This document shows, piece after piece, positions 26,201 through 36,700 of a DNA stretch of 64,000 nucleotides. The notes beneath the pieces were generated by a model. That model ran no database searches, was not told the DNA's origin, and saw only the letters and a list, made by a program, of their open reading frames with translations. How positions within the stretch are numbered: position 1 is the stretch's first letter; each line of letters starts with the position of its first letter. Origin of the DNA: Burkholderiales bacterium (GTDB taxonomy: Bacteria; Pseudomonadota; Gammaproteobacteria; Burkholderiales; Burkholderiaceae_A). The position numbers were made by a program, and so were the translations under genes. Location: positions 215,950 to 279,949 of the forward strand of contig JAIXOP010000015.1 in assembly GCA_027486725.1 (NCBI GenBank), written 5' to 3'.

Positions 26201-26988
26201 CGGCGCACCCGCTCCTCGCTGCGAACGATTCCGCCCAGAGCCACGACTCCCTCGCGCAGGCGAGCAACCGCCGCCTCAAACCGCTCGGCCGAGACATCGG
26301 CGGGCGCCTTGATGCCCAACTCCAGCAGGCGCTCGGCCAGAACCTGACCTGGCAGGGGTGCGGCCGGAAGGCTGTAGATCGCCATCTCGGGATTGGCCTG
26401 CGTGAGCTCCTCGAGCAGTGGTGTCACCATGGCTTCGTAGAGCCCCTGGACGCGGATGGCGTGGTCCTCCTCGGCATGGCTGCGAAAGAGGTGCCCATAG
26501 TGCTGATCGAGCACCCACTCCACCATGGGCCAGGCCATGCTCGGAAAGCCGGGCACAAAGTGGTGGTGGCCCACCCGGAACCCGGGGATCTGATTCACCG
26601 GGTTGGGAATGATCTCGGCACCGTCGGGAAACTCGCCCATCTTGAGACGACCATCGGTCAGGGGCTGACCCATGGCAGCCGAGCGCTCTGCAATCAGGCG
26701 ATGCGCCTCGGGATGCAGCACCAGGGGGCGGCCCAGGGCCTCGGCCGCCGCCTGCCGTGTGTGGTCGTCGGGCGTAGCGCCAATGCCGCCAAAGCTGAAG
26801 ATCAGGTCCGGCGAGGCAAAGCTCGCACGCAGGGCATCAACGCAGCGCCGACGATCATCGCCAAGAATCGTGAGCCACGAGAGCGACAGGCCGCGCGCCG
26901 AGAGAATGCTGCGCAGCTGCGCAAAGTGGCGGTCCTCGCGCTTGCCCGAGAGGATCTCATCGCCAATGATGAAGGCACCGATGTTCAT
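26197..26988 (-). CDS. CinA-like molybdopterin-binding-domain protein
   Basis: IIGDEILSGKRED, FSFGGIGATPDDHT, VPGFPSMA. Confidence 0.88.
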   Translation of the reverse strand: MNIGAFIIGDEILSGKREDRHFAQLRSILSARGLSLSWLTILGDDRRRCVDALRASFASPDLIFSFGGIGATPDDHTRQAAAEALGRPLVLHPEAHRLIAERSAAMGQPLTDGRLKMGEFPDGAEIIPNPVNQIPGFRVGHHHFVPGFPSMAWPMVEWVLDQHYGHLFRSHAEEDHAIRVQGLYEAMVTPLLEELTQANPEMAIYSLPAAPLPGQVLAERLLELGIKAPADVSAERFEAAVARLREGVVALGGIVRSEERVRR

Positions 26989-26996
26989 GCCGTGGA

Positions 26997-29900
26997 TTAT
27001 TGACCGACCCGCTGGCTCTGCAGCATTTGGAAGGATTTCTGTAGGCGTTTGACCGAGACCGGCGCCGGGGTGCGCAGCTCCTGGGCAAAGATGTGCACGC
27101 GCAGTTCCTCGAGCTGCCAGCGAAAGCCCTGCACATCGTCGTTCCAGCTGCCCTGCAGGCCCTGGACCCACTTCAAAAATGGCCGCTCGACCAGCAGCAC
27201 CTCATCCATGCGCAGGTTGTCTCGGGCGGGATCCTGGCGCAGCTTGTCGATGCGCACGGCCATGGCCTTGAGGTAACGCGGCAGGTGGCGGGAGCGCTCG
27301 TCGGCGAGGTCCTCGAGAAAATTGGGGGCCAACAGGCGCGAGAGCTGCTCGCGCATATCGCGCGCCGCGCCCGGAGCGAGCTTGAGCTCGTGCAGGCGGC
27401 GCGACACCCCCGAGGCCTCGACCAGCACGCCGCGCAGCCAGCGCAGCATCTCCTGGCCGAGCAGGAGCATGCGGCTGCGGCCATTGGCAAGGCAGGCCTC
27501 GAAGGATTTCGCATCGGTGGGCCAGTCGCCCTGCAGGAATGCCCGGCGCAGGAGTCGGCGCTGGAATTGCTGCCACAGGCGATCGGGCAGGCCCAGCCCC
27601 GCCCAGGCGAGGGCAATGTCGCGGTCTCGGGTGAGGTCGCGCTCCAGGCTGCGCAGGGGCTCCTTCAGCGCATAGGTGAGCAGACGCATGAGGCCGAGCT
27701 CGGTCATAGCCCGGGCCTTGTCGGCCCGATCGAGCAGCCGCAGCCGCACGCCCTCGGCCTCGCCCAGGTCCTCGATGGCGACAAATGCCTCCAGGGTCTG
27801 ACCCGCACGCCGCAGTGGCATGGAGGCCTTCCACTCACCGAAGGTCCAGGCCTTGGTCGGCGCCTCACTGAGAGGCTCGGGGGCAAAGGCTTCTTGTGCC
27901 TTGGGTGCCAGCCGCGCCTGAAGATCGCCCAGGTCGCGCGACTGACCCAGAACGCGGCCATGCGGATCGACCACCCGATAGCGGGGGCTGAGAAATGGGG
28001 GCGGGTCCTCGCGCTTGAAATCCTCAAGGCCCAGAGCCAGGCCTTTTTCGGCGGCAATGTCCTCGACCAGGGCCCGCAGCAGGCCGGGGCGGGCAGAGCC
28101 ATCGCCTGCGGCATCCCATCGCGCGCAGAAGGCCTCGGCGTAATCGGCCAGGGGCAACAAGTGGCGACGGTGGCGCTGGGGAAGGCTGCGCAGCAGTTGC
28201 AGGACCTTCTCCTTGCGCATGCCCGGCACCAGCCAATCCAGCGCCTGAGGGTCCACCTGATGCAGGGCCGAGACCGGCACGGTCACCGTCATGCCGTCGT
28301 CGGACTCGCCGGGCTTGAAGACATAGTCGAGCGCCAGGCGCAGCCCGCCCTGCGTCCAGCTCTTGGGGAACTGCTCGGTGGTGATGCCCGAGGCCTCGTG
28401 GCGCAGCAGGTCTTCCTTGCGCAACACCAGCACATCGGGGGTGGTCTCGGAGACCTTTCGCACCCAGGCCTCGAGGCTGTCCTGGTCGACCACCGACTCG
28501 GGGAGCTGCTGATCGTAGAAGGCCTCGAGCAGGGTGGTGTCGACGAGCAGATCGTGTCGGCGCGCCTTTTGCTCCATGCGGTGGACCTCGTCCAGGAGCC
28601 GCTGATTCTTTTGAAAGAACGGGAGCTTGCACTCCATATCGCCCTCAATGAGGCCGTGGCGAATCAGCATCATGCGCGCCTCGGCCGCCTGGGCAGGCCC
28701 CTGTCGTGACCAGGCCACCCGGCGCTGGGCATAGACCGTCAGGCCGTGGAGGGTGCCGCGGCTGTGGCCAACGGCGCGGCCCGCCTTCTTCTCCCAATGG
28801 GCATTGCCCACCGAGACCTTGATGAGGTGACGCCCAACATCCTCGAGCCATTCGGGCTCGATGGCAGCAATGGTGCGGGCAAAGAGGCGCGAGGTCTCGA
28901 CCTGCTCGGCCGCCATCAGCCACTTCGGTGGCTTCTTGGCGAGCATCGATCCAGGCCAGATGGCGAACTTGATGTCGTGCGCCCCCTGCCAGAGGGTGAT
29001 GGGCCGGCCACCCCCGGGGCGCGCTGCGGGGCCCGCATCCTTGCCGCCATCGCGACCCCGCGTGGCCTCCTCGATGCGCATGCCGATGTTGGAGAGCAGG
29101 CCGGCCAGCAGCGCGCAGTGCAGGCTCTGATAATCCGCAGGCTGCTCGTTTTCCTTCCAGCCCTGGGCCAGCGCCCAGTCGTGGATCTGGCGGTGGACAT
29201 CGCGCCATTCCCGCACCCGCAGCGGCGAGAGAAAGGCCGCGCGCAGGGTCTGATCCACCTGACGGCGGCTGGGCTTGTGCTCAGGACCGCTGCCCTGGAG
29301 GACCTCCTCGGTCCAGTCCCAGAGGCGCACCCAAGAAACGAACTCCGATCGGGGGTCCGCAAAGCGGCGGTGGGCGGCATCGGCCGCACCCTGCTGCTGC
29401 AGGGGCCGATCGCGGGGATCTTGAATGGAGAGCGCCGCCACGATCACCAGCACCTCGCGCAGTGCGCCACGGCGGGCCGCCTCCACCACCATGCGGGCAA
29501 GCTTGGGGTCCAGGGGGAGTGCCGAGAGCTGCCGCCCCACCGGCGTCAGGCGCTGCTGGGCGTCGAGCGCGCCCAGCTCCTTCAGTTGGGCCAGGCCGTC
29601 GGTGATGGCTCGGCGCGACGGGGGATCCACGAACGGGAAGGCATCCACCTCCTCGAGCCCCAGGGCCTTCATCTGCAGGATGACGGAGGCCAGAGAGCTG
29701 CGGTGCACCTCGGGATCGGCAAAGGCGGGCCGAGCGATGAAGTCGGACTCGTCGTAGAGCCGATAGCAGATCCCCGCAGCCAGCCGGCCGGCACGGCCAC
29801 TGCGCTGGTTGGCCTGGGCCTGAGCGATCGGCTCGATCTGCAGCTGCTCGACCTTGCCGCGCACGCGGTAGCGTTTGACCCGGGCCAGGCCCGAGTCGAT

Positions 29901-30881
29901 GACGATGCCGATGCCGGGCACCGTGAGCGAGGTCTCGGCAAGGTTGGTGGAGAGCACGATGCGTCGGGCCGAGCCGCTGGGCCGAAAAATCCGCTCCTGA
30001 TCGGCCTGGGACAGACGAGAGAACAGGGGGATGACCTCGAGCGCACGCCCCGCGCCGCGCCGCCGCGAGAGGTCGTTGAGGGCATCGGCCGCAGCACGGA
30101 TCTCGCGCTCGCCAGGCAGAAACACCAAGAGGTCCCCCGGCATGCCGGCGGGCAGGCGCTCGCCCAGGGCCTCCTCGGCCACGGCCACCACCCGATCGAT
30201 CAGGTCGGCCTCCGGATTGGCCGGGGGTCGCCAGCGGATTTCCACTGGAAAAAGCCGGCCCGAGACCTCAAGGACGGGCGCAGGCTGCCCACCCTGGCCG
30301 AAGTGCTCGGCAAATCGCTGGGCATTGAGGGTGGCCGAAGTGATGACGAGCCGCAGCTCGGGCCGCTGGGGCAGGATGCGGTGGAGGATGCCGAGCAGGA
30401 AATCGATGTTGAGGCTGCGCTCGTGGGCCTCGTCGATGATGATGGTGTCGTAGCGGCGCAGCAGCGGGTCGTTCTGGGTCTCGGCCAGCAGAATGCCGTC
30501 GGTCATGAGGCGGATGGGAATGCCTGGCCGAGAGCGATCCTGAAACCGAATGCTGTAGCCCACCCGGGCCGAGGGGTCGTCGCCCAGCGGCGACTTCAGC
30601 TCGGCAGCGATGCGGCGCGCCACGCTCGTGGCCGCCAGCCGCCGGGGCTGGGTGTGGGCGATGGTCTTGCCGCGCGCGGCGCGCCCCAGGGCCAAGGCAA
30701 TTTTGGGCAGCTGGGTGGTCTTGCCCGAGCCCGTCTCGCCGCAGAGGATCAGCACGGGGTTGTTGTGCATGGCCTGGGCGATCTCGACCCACTGGGAAGC
30801 CACGGGCAGCTCGGCATCGAAGTCGATGCCCTGCTCCCTGGCGCGCGCGCGAAGTTCTTCTGCCGAGGGGGTCTGTGCCAT
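26997..30881 (-). CDS. hrpA: ATP-dependent RNA helicase HrpA
   Basis: GETGSGKTTQLPK, TQPRRLAA, DEAHERS, SAT, STNLAETSLT, QRSGRAGR, C-terminal WQLEELRV..FAQ. Start is 30881 or 30887. Confidence 0.95.
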   Translation of the reverse strand: MAQTPSAEELRARAREQGIDFDAELPVASQWVEIAQAMHNNPVLILCGETGSGKTTQLPKIALALGRAARGKTIAHTQPRRLAATSVARRIAAELKSPLGDDPSARVGYSIRFQDRSRPGIPIRLMTDGILLAETQNDPLLRRYDTIIIDEAHERSLNIDFLLGILHRILPQRPELRLVITSATLNAQRFAEHFGQGGQPAPVLEVSGRLFPVEIRWRPPANPEADLIDRVVAVAEEALGERLPAGMPGDLLVFLPGEREIRAAADALNDLSRRRGAGRALEVIPLFSRLSQADQERIFRPSGSARRIVLSTNLAETSLTVPGIGIVIDSGLARVKRYRVRGKVEQLQIEPIAQAQANQRSGRAGRLAAGICYRLYDESDFIARPAFADPEVHRSSLASVILQMKALGLEEVDAFPFVDPPSRRAITDGLAQLKELGALDAQQRLTPVGRQLSALPLDPKLARMVVEAARRGALREVLVIVAALSIQDPRDRPLQQQGAADAAHRRFADPRSEFVSWVRLWDWTEEVLQGSGPEHKPSRRQVDQTLRAAFLSPLRVREWRDVHRQIHDWALAQGWKENEQPADYQSLHCALLAGLLSNIGMRIEEATRGRDGGKDAGPAARPGGGRPITLWQGAHDIKFAIWPGSMLAKKPPKWLMAAEQVETSRLFARTIAAIEPEWLEDVGRHLIKVSVGNAHWEKKAGRAVGHSRGTLHGLTVYAQRRVAWSRQGPAQAAEARMMLIRHGLIEGDMECKLPFFQKNQRLLDEVHRMEQKARRHDLLVDTTLLEAFYDQQLPESVVDQDSLEAWVRKVSETTPDVLVLRKEDLLRHEASGITTEQFPKSWTQGGLRLALDYVFKPGESDDGMTVTVPVSALHQVDPQALDWLVPGMRKEKVLQLLRSLPQRHRRHLLPLADYAEAFCARWDAAGDGSARPGLLRALVEDIAAEKGLALGLEDFKREDPPPFLSPRYRVVDPHGRVLGQSRDLGDLQARLAPKAQEAFAPEPLSEAPTKAWTFGEWKASMPLRRAGQTLEAFVAIEDLGEAEGVRLRLLDRADKARAMTELGLMRLLTYALKEPLRSLERDLTRDRDIALAWAGLGLPDRLWQQFQRRLLRRAFLQGDWPTDAKSFEACLANGRSRMLLLGQEMLRWLRGVLVEASGVSRRLHELKLAPGAARDMREQLSRLLAPNFLEDLADERSRHLPRYLKAMAVRIDKLRQDPARDNLRMDEVLLVERPFLKWVQGLQGSWNDDVQGFRWQLEELRVHIFAQELRTPAPVSVKRLQKSFQMLQSQRVGQ

Positions 30882-30889
30882 GGGCATCG

Positions 30890-30899
30890 ATTCTATAAT
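30890..30899. promoter_or_regulatory. Overlapping back-to-back -10 elements (bidirectional promoter) for hrpA and argA
   Basis: ATTCTATAAT gives TATAAT on + (30894-30899, 6 nt before the argA ATG) and TAGAAT on - (30890-30895, 8 nt before hrpA ATG 30881). Confidence 0.65.
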
Positions 30900-30905
30900 C
30901 GGCCG

Positions 30906-32279
30906 ATGAGCGCACAGCCCTCCCCTGCCCCGGTCAATCCGCCATCCTCCGTCGATGGCGCGCCCGCGTCCATTGGCCCCTCCTTCGTTGGGTGGCTGCG
31001 CTCGGTGGCGCCCTACATTCACGCCTTTCGAAACAAGACCTTCGTGGTCGGCTTTCCCGGCGAGCTGGTGATCGATGGGCAGCTCGAGGCCCTGGTCCAC
31101 GACTTAGCGCTGCTGCAGGCCATGGGCATGCGGATTGTCCTGGCCTATGGCTCCAGGCCCCAGGTCGAGGAGCAGCTGCGGCTGCGGGGCGTAGAGGACA
31201 AGACCCGCCACGGCATGCGCATCACCGACCTGGGTGCACTCGAGTGCGCCAAAGAGGCGGCCGGCGAGCTGCGTCTGGACATCGAGGCCGCGTTTTCGGC
31301 GGGCCTGCCCAACACCCCCATGGGCAATGCCCGCATCCGCATCATCAGCGGCAACTTCGTCACGGCCCGGCCCGTGGGCATCCACGAGGGCATCGACTTC
31401 CAGCACACGGGCCTGGTGCGCAAGATCGAGGCGGAAAGCATTCGGCTTGCCCTCAGCGCGGGCTCCATCGTGCTTGTCCCACCCCTGGGCTTTTCGCCCA
31501 CAGGCGAGGCCTTCAATCTCTCGCTCGAAGATGTGGCAGCCAGCCTGGCGGTCGCGCTCGACGCCGACAAGCTCATCTTCCTCATGCCCGATGCCGATGT
31601 GCCGCGCGGCAATGCGGCCGAGCCCCTCATCGAGATCTCCGAAGACCAGGCCGATGCCATGCTGCGCAGCGGTGATCTCAACGATGCGGCCCACTTCACC
31701 CTGCAGCACGCACTGCGCGCCTGCCGCGGTGGTGTCGAGCGCGCCCACCTGGTGCCCTACCAAAAAGACGGTGCGCTTCTCATGGAGCTCTTCACCCACG
31801 ATGGCGTGGGCGTGATGCTGGTGGAGGAGACCCTCGAGGCCCTGCGGCGCGCGACCATCGACGATGTGGCGGCGATCGCCTCACTGCTCGAGCCCCTGGA
31901 GATCGATGGCACCCTGGTCACCCGCGGCCGCAGCACCGTGGAGCGCGACATCGACCACTACACCGTGATCGAGCACGATGGCGTGATCTTTGGCTGCGCG
32001 GCCCTCTATGCCCACCCCGAGGTGCGCATGGGCGAGCTGGCCTCGCTCATGGTGCGCTCCGACACCCGCGAAAAGGGCGACGGCGAGCGGTTGTTGAAGA
32101 GTGTCGAGGCCCAGGCACGGCAGCTCGGCCTGCGGCAGCTGTTCGTGCTCACCACCCGCACGACCCACTGGTTCTTGAAACGGGGGTTCAAGCCTGCGGC
32201 GGTGGAAGAGCTTCCAGAAGAGCGGCGGGCGAGCTACAACTGGGACCGGCGGTCGCAGATTCTGATCAAGACGCTGTAA
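30906..32279 (+). CDS. argA: Amino-acid N-acetyltransferase (N-acetylglutamate synthase)
   Basis: FVGWLRSVAPYIHAFRNKTFVV, SGNFVTARPVG, GFSPTGE, LFTHDGVG, C-terminal GNAT with LTTRTTHWF. Confidence 0.95.
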   Translation: MSAQPSPAPVNPPSSVDGAPASIGPSFVGWLRSVAPYIHAFRNKTFVVGFPGELVIDGQLEALVHDLALLQAMGMRIVLAYGSRPQVEEQLRLRGVEDKTRHGMRITDLGALECAKEAAGELRLDIEAAFSAGLPNTPMGNARIRIISGNFVTARPVGIHEGIDFQHTGLVRKIEAESIRLALSAGSIVLVPPLGFSPTGEAFNLSLEDVAASLAVALDADKLIFLMPDADVPRGNAAEPLIEISEDQADAMLRSGDLNDAAHFTLQHALRACRGGVERAHLVPYQKDGALLMELFTHDGVGVMLVEETLEALRRATIDDVAAIASLLEPLEIDGTLVTRGRSTVERDIDHYTVIEHDGVIFGCAALYAHPEVRMGELASLMVRSDTREKGDGERLLKSVEAQARQLGLRQLFVLTTRTTHWFLKRGFKPAAVEELPEERRASYNWDRRSQILIKTL

Positions 32280-32306
32280 CTTCGAAGCGACTTTGGGTGC
32301 GAAGCT

Positions 32307-33035
32307 TTAAGTACGAAGCTTCTCCGCAATGGCTCCGGCACGCTCGAGGGCGTCTCGGGCCTGGGCAAGGCTGTCTTGCAGATTGAGTCCCTTGAGGTCC
32401 AATGAGGCATTGAGCACGTGCTGCTGTGCGCGGCCAATGTCGTTGCAGAGCTGGCGCAGCACACGCTCGGCCTGCTCAGGTCCCACCGCAGGTCCCACCG
32501 CAGGTTCCACCGCAGGTCCGACCGGGTCGGCGGCGACATGCCGTTCTGCGGGCTCCTCTGCGATCGCGCTGGCTGGAGCCCGAGTCTCGGGCTCTTGGAT
32601 CTCGGCCCGCGCAAGGGCATCGGCGAAGGAGGGCTCGACCCGAGGCTCCGCCCCGCGGTGATCGGGCCTTGCGGCAGGCGTCAGCGGGGTGAGGAATGCC
32701 AAGGGCGCCAGACCCACAAAGGCGATGGCCCAAGTGCCCAGGCCAAGGGCACCACCCACCAAGGCAGCGGGAACCCCCTCCCGAACCCACTGTCGGGCCT
32801 CGCGCGGCATGCGACGGCCATCGAGAACCTCTTCGGCCTCTCCGACCACCTGTTCCCAGGCCTGCGCGTTGAGGCCTGCCCAAGGCTCTCCCAGGCCTTG
32901 AACCTCGGCGGAGTTGGGGGGAAGCCAGACATAGCCGGCGGCCCCCAGGCCGAAGCCCGACACCGCCAGCACCAGGCCCAAGGCCACAAAGACACGGCCC
33001 CAGAGGGCACTGCCAGATCGAATCAGTGAGGTCAT
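32307..33035 (-). CDS. Hypothetical membrane protein
   Basis: ATG overlaps the dnaQ stop (ATGA). Two hydrophobic segments, a Pro/Ala/Glu-rich linker and a C-terminal coiled-coil-like helix; no family recognised. Confidence 0.6.
   Translation of the reverse strand: MTSLIRSGSALWGRVFVALGLVLAVSGFGLGAAGYVWLPPNSAEVQGLGEPWAGLNAQAWEQVVGEAEEVLDGRRMPREARQWVREGVPAALVGGALGLGTWAIAFVGLAPLAFLTPLTPAARPDHRGAEPRVEPSFADALARAEIQEPETRAPASAIAEEPAERHVAADPVGPAVEPAVGPAVGPEQAERVLRQLCNDIGRAQQHVLNASLDLKGLNLQDSLAQARDALERAGAIAEKLRT
32477..32524. repeat. 12-bp tandem repeat x4 (caggtcccaccg), encoding VGPA/VEPA
   Basis: caggtcccaccg-caggtcccaccg-caggttccaccg-caggtccgaccg. Confidence 0.85.
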
Positions 33036-33763
33036 AAACCGGATTCTGCGGTCTTTTGCCCCTCGTTGGCGAGTTGCCAGAGGGGGGGCTTGCCCGAACG
33101 TGCCATCGAGGCAAGCATCGCTGCGTGGGCCTCCAACTCCTCGGCGCTGGGCTGCGCTCGGCGCAGGGCACCCCAGGGCCGGGCCTCTTCGCCGCTGGCC
33201 AAGCCCAGAGGCCCGGGGTCGTCGGCAAGCATGCTGAGCGACTCCTGTCCCCGGGTCATGGCCAGATAGACCTCGGCCAGCAGCTCCGCATCGAGAAGCG
33301 CGCCATGGAATCGCCGGTGGGCATTGGAGATGCCAAACCGGTCGCAGAGTGCGTCGAGCGAGTTGCGCTGGGCCGGGAACAGATCGCGGGCCATGCGCAG
33401 GCTGTCGATCACCTCGGCCGCCACCGTCTGAATCTGGGGCCTGCCGATGCGGTCGAGCTCCATATTCAGAAAGCCCACATCGAAGGCCGCGTTGTGAATG
33501 ACCACGGCGTTGCCCCGCACGAAGGCGAGGAATTCATCGGCGATTTCCGCAAACCGAGGCTTGTCTTCCAGGTCTGCAAGGGTGAAGCCATGGACCTGGG
33601 TGGCGCCGGCATCGACTTCCCGCTCCGGATTGATCAGGTGGTGCAGGCTGCGTCCGCTGACCCGACGGTCGTGGATCTCCACGCAACCAACCTCGATGAT
33701 GCGATGGCCGTCCTCGACCTTCAGGCCTGTGGTTTCGGTGTCAAGGATGATGATTGAAGCCAT
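33032..33763 (-). CDS. dnaQ: DNA polymerase III epsilon subunit
   Basis: ILDTETTG (ExoI), HNAAFDVGFL (ExoII), NSLDALCDR, HGALLDAELLAEVYLAMT (ExoIII). Confidence 0.95.
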   Translation of the reverse strand: MASIIILDTETTGLKVEDGHRIIEVGCVEIHDRRVSGRSLHHLINPEREVDAGATQVHGFTLADLEDKPRFAEIADEFLAFVRGNAVVIHNAAFDVGFLNMELDRIGRPQIQTVAAEVIDSLRMARDLFPAQRNSLDALCDRFGISNAHRRFHGALLDAELLAEVYLAMTRGQESLSMLADDPGPLGLASGEEARPWGALRRAQPSAEELEAHAAMLASMARSGKPPLWQLANEGQKTAESGL

Positions 33764-36700
33764 GTGGCCACACTCGCGTAGACGGTGGGAAGAACGATCA
33801 GTGTGAGCAGGGTACCAAAGGACATGCCACCAACGATCACCCATCCGATCTCGTTTCGGGTCTCGGCACCCGCGCCGGTGGACAGTGCCAGCGGCAGAGC
33901 GCCAACGACTGTGGAGATCACCGTCATGAGGATGGGTCGAAAACGCAGCTCGGTCGCCTTGAGGGTGGCCTCGCGAATGGACAGGCCCTCCTCGCGCAGC
34001 TGATTGGCAAACTCCACAATCAGGATGCCGTTTTTGGTGATGAGGCCAATGAGTGCCACCAGCCCAATCTGAGAATAGAGATTGATCGTGCCGCCGGTGA
34101 GCCAGACTGTGAGCAGCGCCCCGGCCAGGGCCAAAGGAACGGTCACGAGAATCACCACCGGGGTTATGAAGCTCTCGAACTGTGCTGCCAGCACCAGGAA
34201 GATGAACAACAGAGCCAGCAGGAAGACAAAGCCAATGGCGTCCTGCGACTGCAGGAACTCTCGGGTCTGGCCATTGGTGTCGATCTGAAAGTCCTCTGGC
34301 AGGGTCTCATCGGCCACCCGGAAAATCTCCTCCAGAGCCTCGCCCAGAGCCACCCCCGGCTGAAGGTTGGCCGTGATCGTGACTGCCCGCCTCTGCAGGA
34401 AGTGGTTGAGTTCGCGGGGGGCCACAGATTCGCTCACCTTCACCAGACTGGAGAGGGGCACGAGTTGCCCGTTGCGGCCCGCCACATTGAGGGCTGGAAT
34501 GTCGTCGGGCCGGGCCCGCTGCGAGGCCTCCAACTGAACCAACACATCGTATTGGTCGTTGCCTTTTTTAAACCGCGTGACCTGGCGGCCCCCAAGCATG
34601 CTCTCCAGGGTGCGGCCAATGGCCTCCACTTCCACGCCAAGCTCCGCAGCCCGCTCGCGGTCAATCTCGATGCGCACCTCGGGCTTGGTGATCTGCAGGT
34701 CGGACTCGACGCCCGTCAGCATGGCGTTGCCTGCCAGCTTTTTGCGCAGCGTCTCGGATGCATCGGCAAGCACCTCCAAGGAGGCCGAGGAGAGCAGCAC
34801 CACCTCGATCGGGCGCGAGCGCACGTTTTGCCCGAGGGACGGTGGGGTCACCACAAAGGCATTGACCCCCGGGATGCTCACGACCTGCGGCTGGAGCTCA
34901 CGGGCGATGCTCTGAATATTCCGGTCGCGCTGTTCCCAGGGAACGGGGCGGAAGAACGAGATGCCCCGGTCGACGGTGGGCGCACCTGCAATCACAAAAT
35001 AGCTGTCGGCCTCAGCCACCCCCTGGTAGATGTCCTCCAGCTCCAGCGCGTAGCGTGCGGTGTAGTCGATCGAGCTCCCCTGGGGGGCGGTGATGATGGA
35101 AATCAAAAACCCACGGTCCTCCACGGGGGTGAGCTCTTTTTTGATGATCTGATAAAGACCCACGGTGGCGGCTGCCACGGCCAGCCCAACGACCCCAATC
35201 AGCAGACGTCGATCGAGCACCCGCTCGAGGAACCGACGATAGGTCCGCGACACGGCATCAAGGCCCCGATCGAATGCCACGGCCCAGCGGGGCTGCGGCG
35301 GGGCGAAGCCCTCTCCCTCCGCATCGTTGGTGCGTCGGCCCCGCAGAAGCACCGCGCACATCATGGGCGAGAGGGTCAGCGCCACAAAGCCCGACACCAT
35401 CACGGCACCGGCAAGCGTGAGAGCAAACTCGGTGAAGAGCCGGCCGGTGCGGCCCGCACTGAAGGCAATGGGCACGAAGACCGCCGCCAGGGTGAGCGTC
35501 ATGGCCACCACGGCAAAACTGATCTCGCGCATGCCCTGAATCGAGGCGGCAACGGGCTTCATGCCCTCCTCGATGTGGCGGGAGATGTTTTCCAGCACCA
35601 CGATGGCGTCGTCCACCACCACACCAATGGCCAGCACCATGGCCAGCAGGGTCAGGGTGTTGATCGAAAAGCCCAAGGCGTAGAGAAATGCGCAGCTCGC
35701 GATGAGTGAGATGGGAATGGTCACAATCGGAATCAGAGCGGCCCGAACCGACTTCAGAAAGATGAAGACCACCAGACCCACCAGGAGAGTGGCCTCCACG
35801 ATGGACGACACCACGGAATCGATCGAGCGGGCGATGAACACCGAATAGTCGTTGGCAACATCCAGATTGACGCCCTCAGGGAGGTCTCGAAGGATGTTGG
35901 GAAGCTCGGCGCGCACGGCCTCCGAGAGCGTGAGTGGGTTGGCGGTGGCCTGCTTGATCACGCCCAGCACCACCGTGGTTCGGCCCTTGAATCGGGCCAC
36001 ACGCTTCTCGTCCTCGGGGGCAATCTCGATGCGGGCAACATCGCTCAGACGCACCAGGGCGGCCGAGCCCGAGGGGGCACGCAGAACCACCTGGCCAAAT
36101 TGTTCGGGCGTCTGAAGATCGGTCTGCGCAGTCACCGAGAACTCGCGGCCGGGTGTCTCGATGGTGCCCGCAGGCACCTCCACATTCTGTCGGCGCAGGG
36201 CGCTCTCCACATCGAGCACGGTCAGCCCACGGGCCGACAGGGCCAGGGGATCGAGCCAGATGCGCATGGCAAAACGCCGCTCCCCGAAGATGCGCACATC
36301 GGCCGCGCCCGGCAAGATCTGCAGGCGGGGCTTGACCACCCGGTTGGCGAGGTCCGAGAGCTCCATCATCGAGAGCTGATTGGTGTTGAAAGCCAGCCAG
36401 ATGATGGGTGATGCGTCGGCCTCGACCTTGGCCACCCGCGACTCATCCACATCCTCGGGCAGCTGCCCGCGCACGCGCGCCACCCGATCTCGCACATCGC
36501 TGGCGGCACTGTCGGGGTCACGGCTGAGGGCAAACTTCACCGTGACCTGAGACTCGCCCGCCCGAGACACGCTTGTGAGCAACTCAATGCCCTCAATGCC
36601 GGCCACCGAATCTTCAATCGGCTTGGTCACCTGCGACTCAATGATTTCCGCAGCGGCGCCGCGGTAGGAAGTGGTCACGGTGACCACCGGCTCGTCGATC

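Noticed and set aside
28746-30905. 1177-aa ORF as an extended ArgA
   Set aside because: The upstream part is antisense to hrpA; ArgA similarity begins after ATG 30906.
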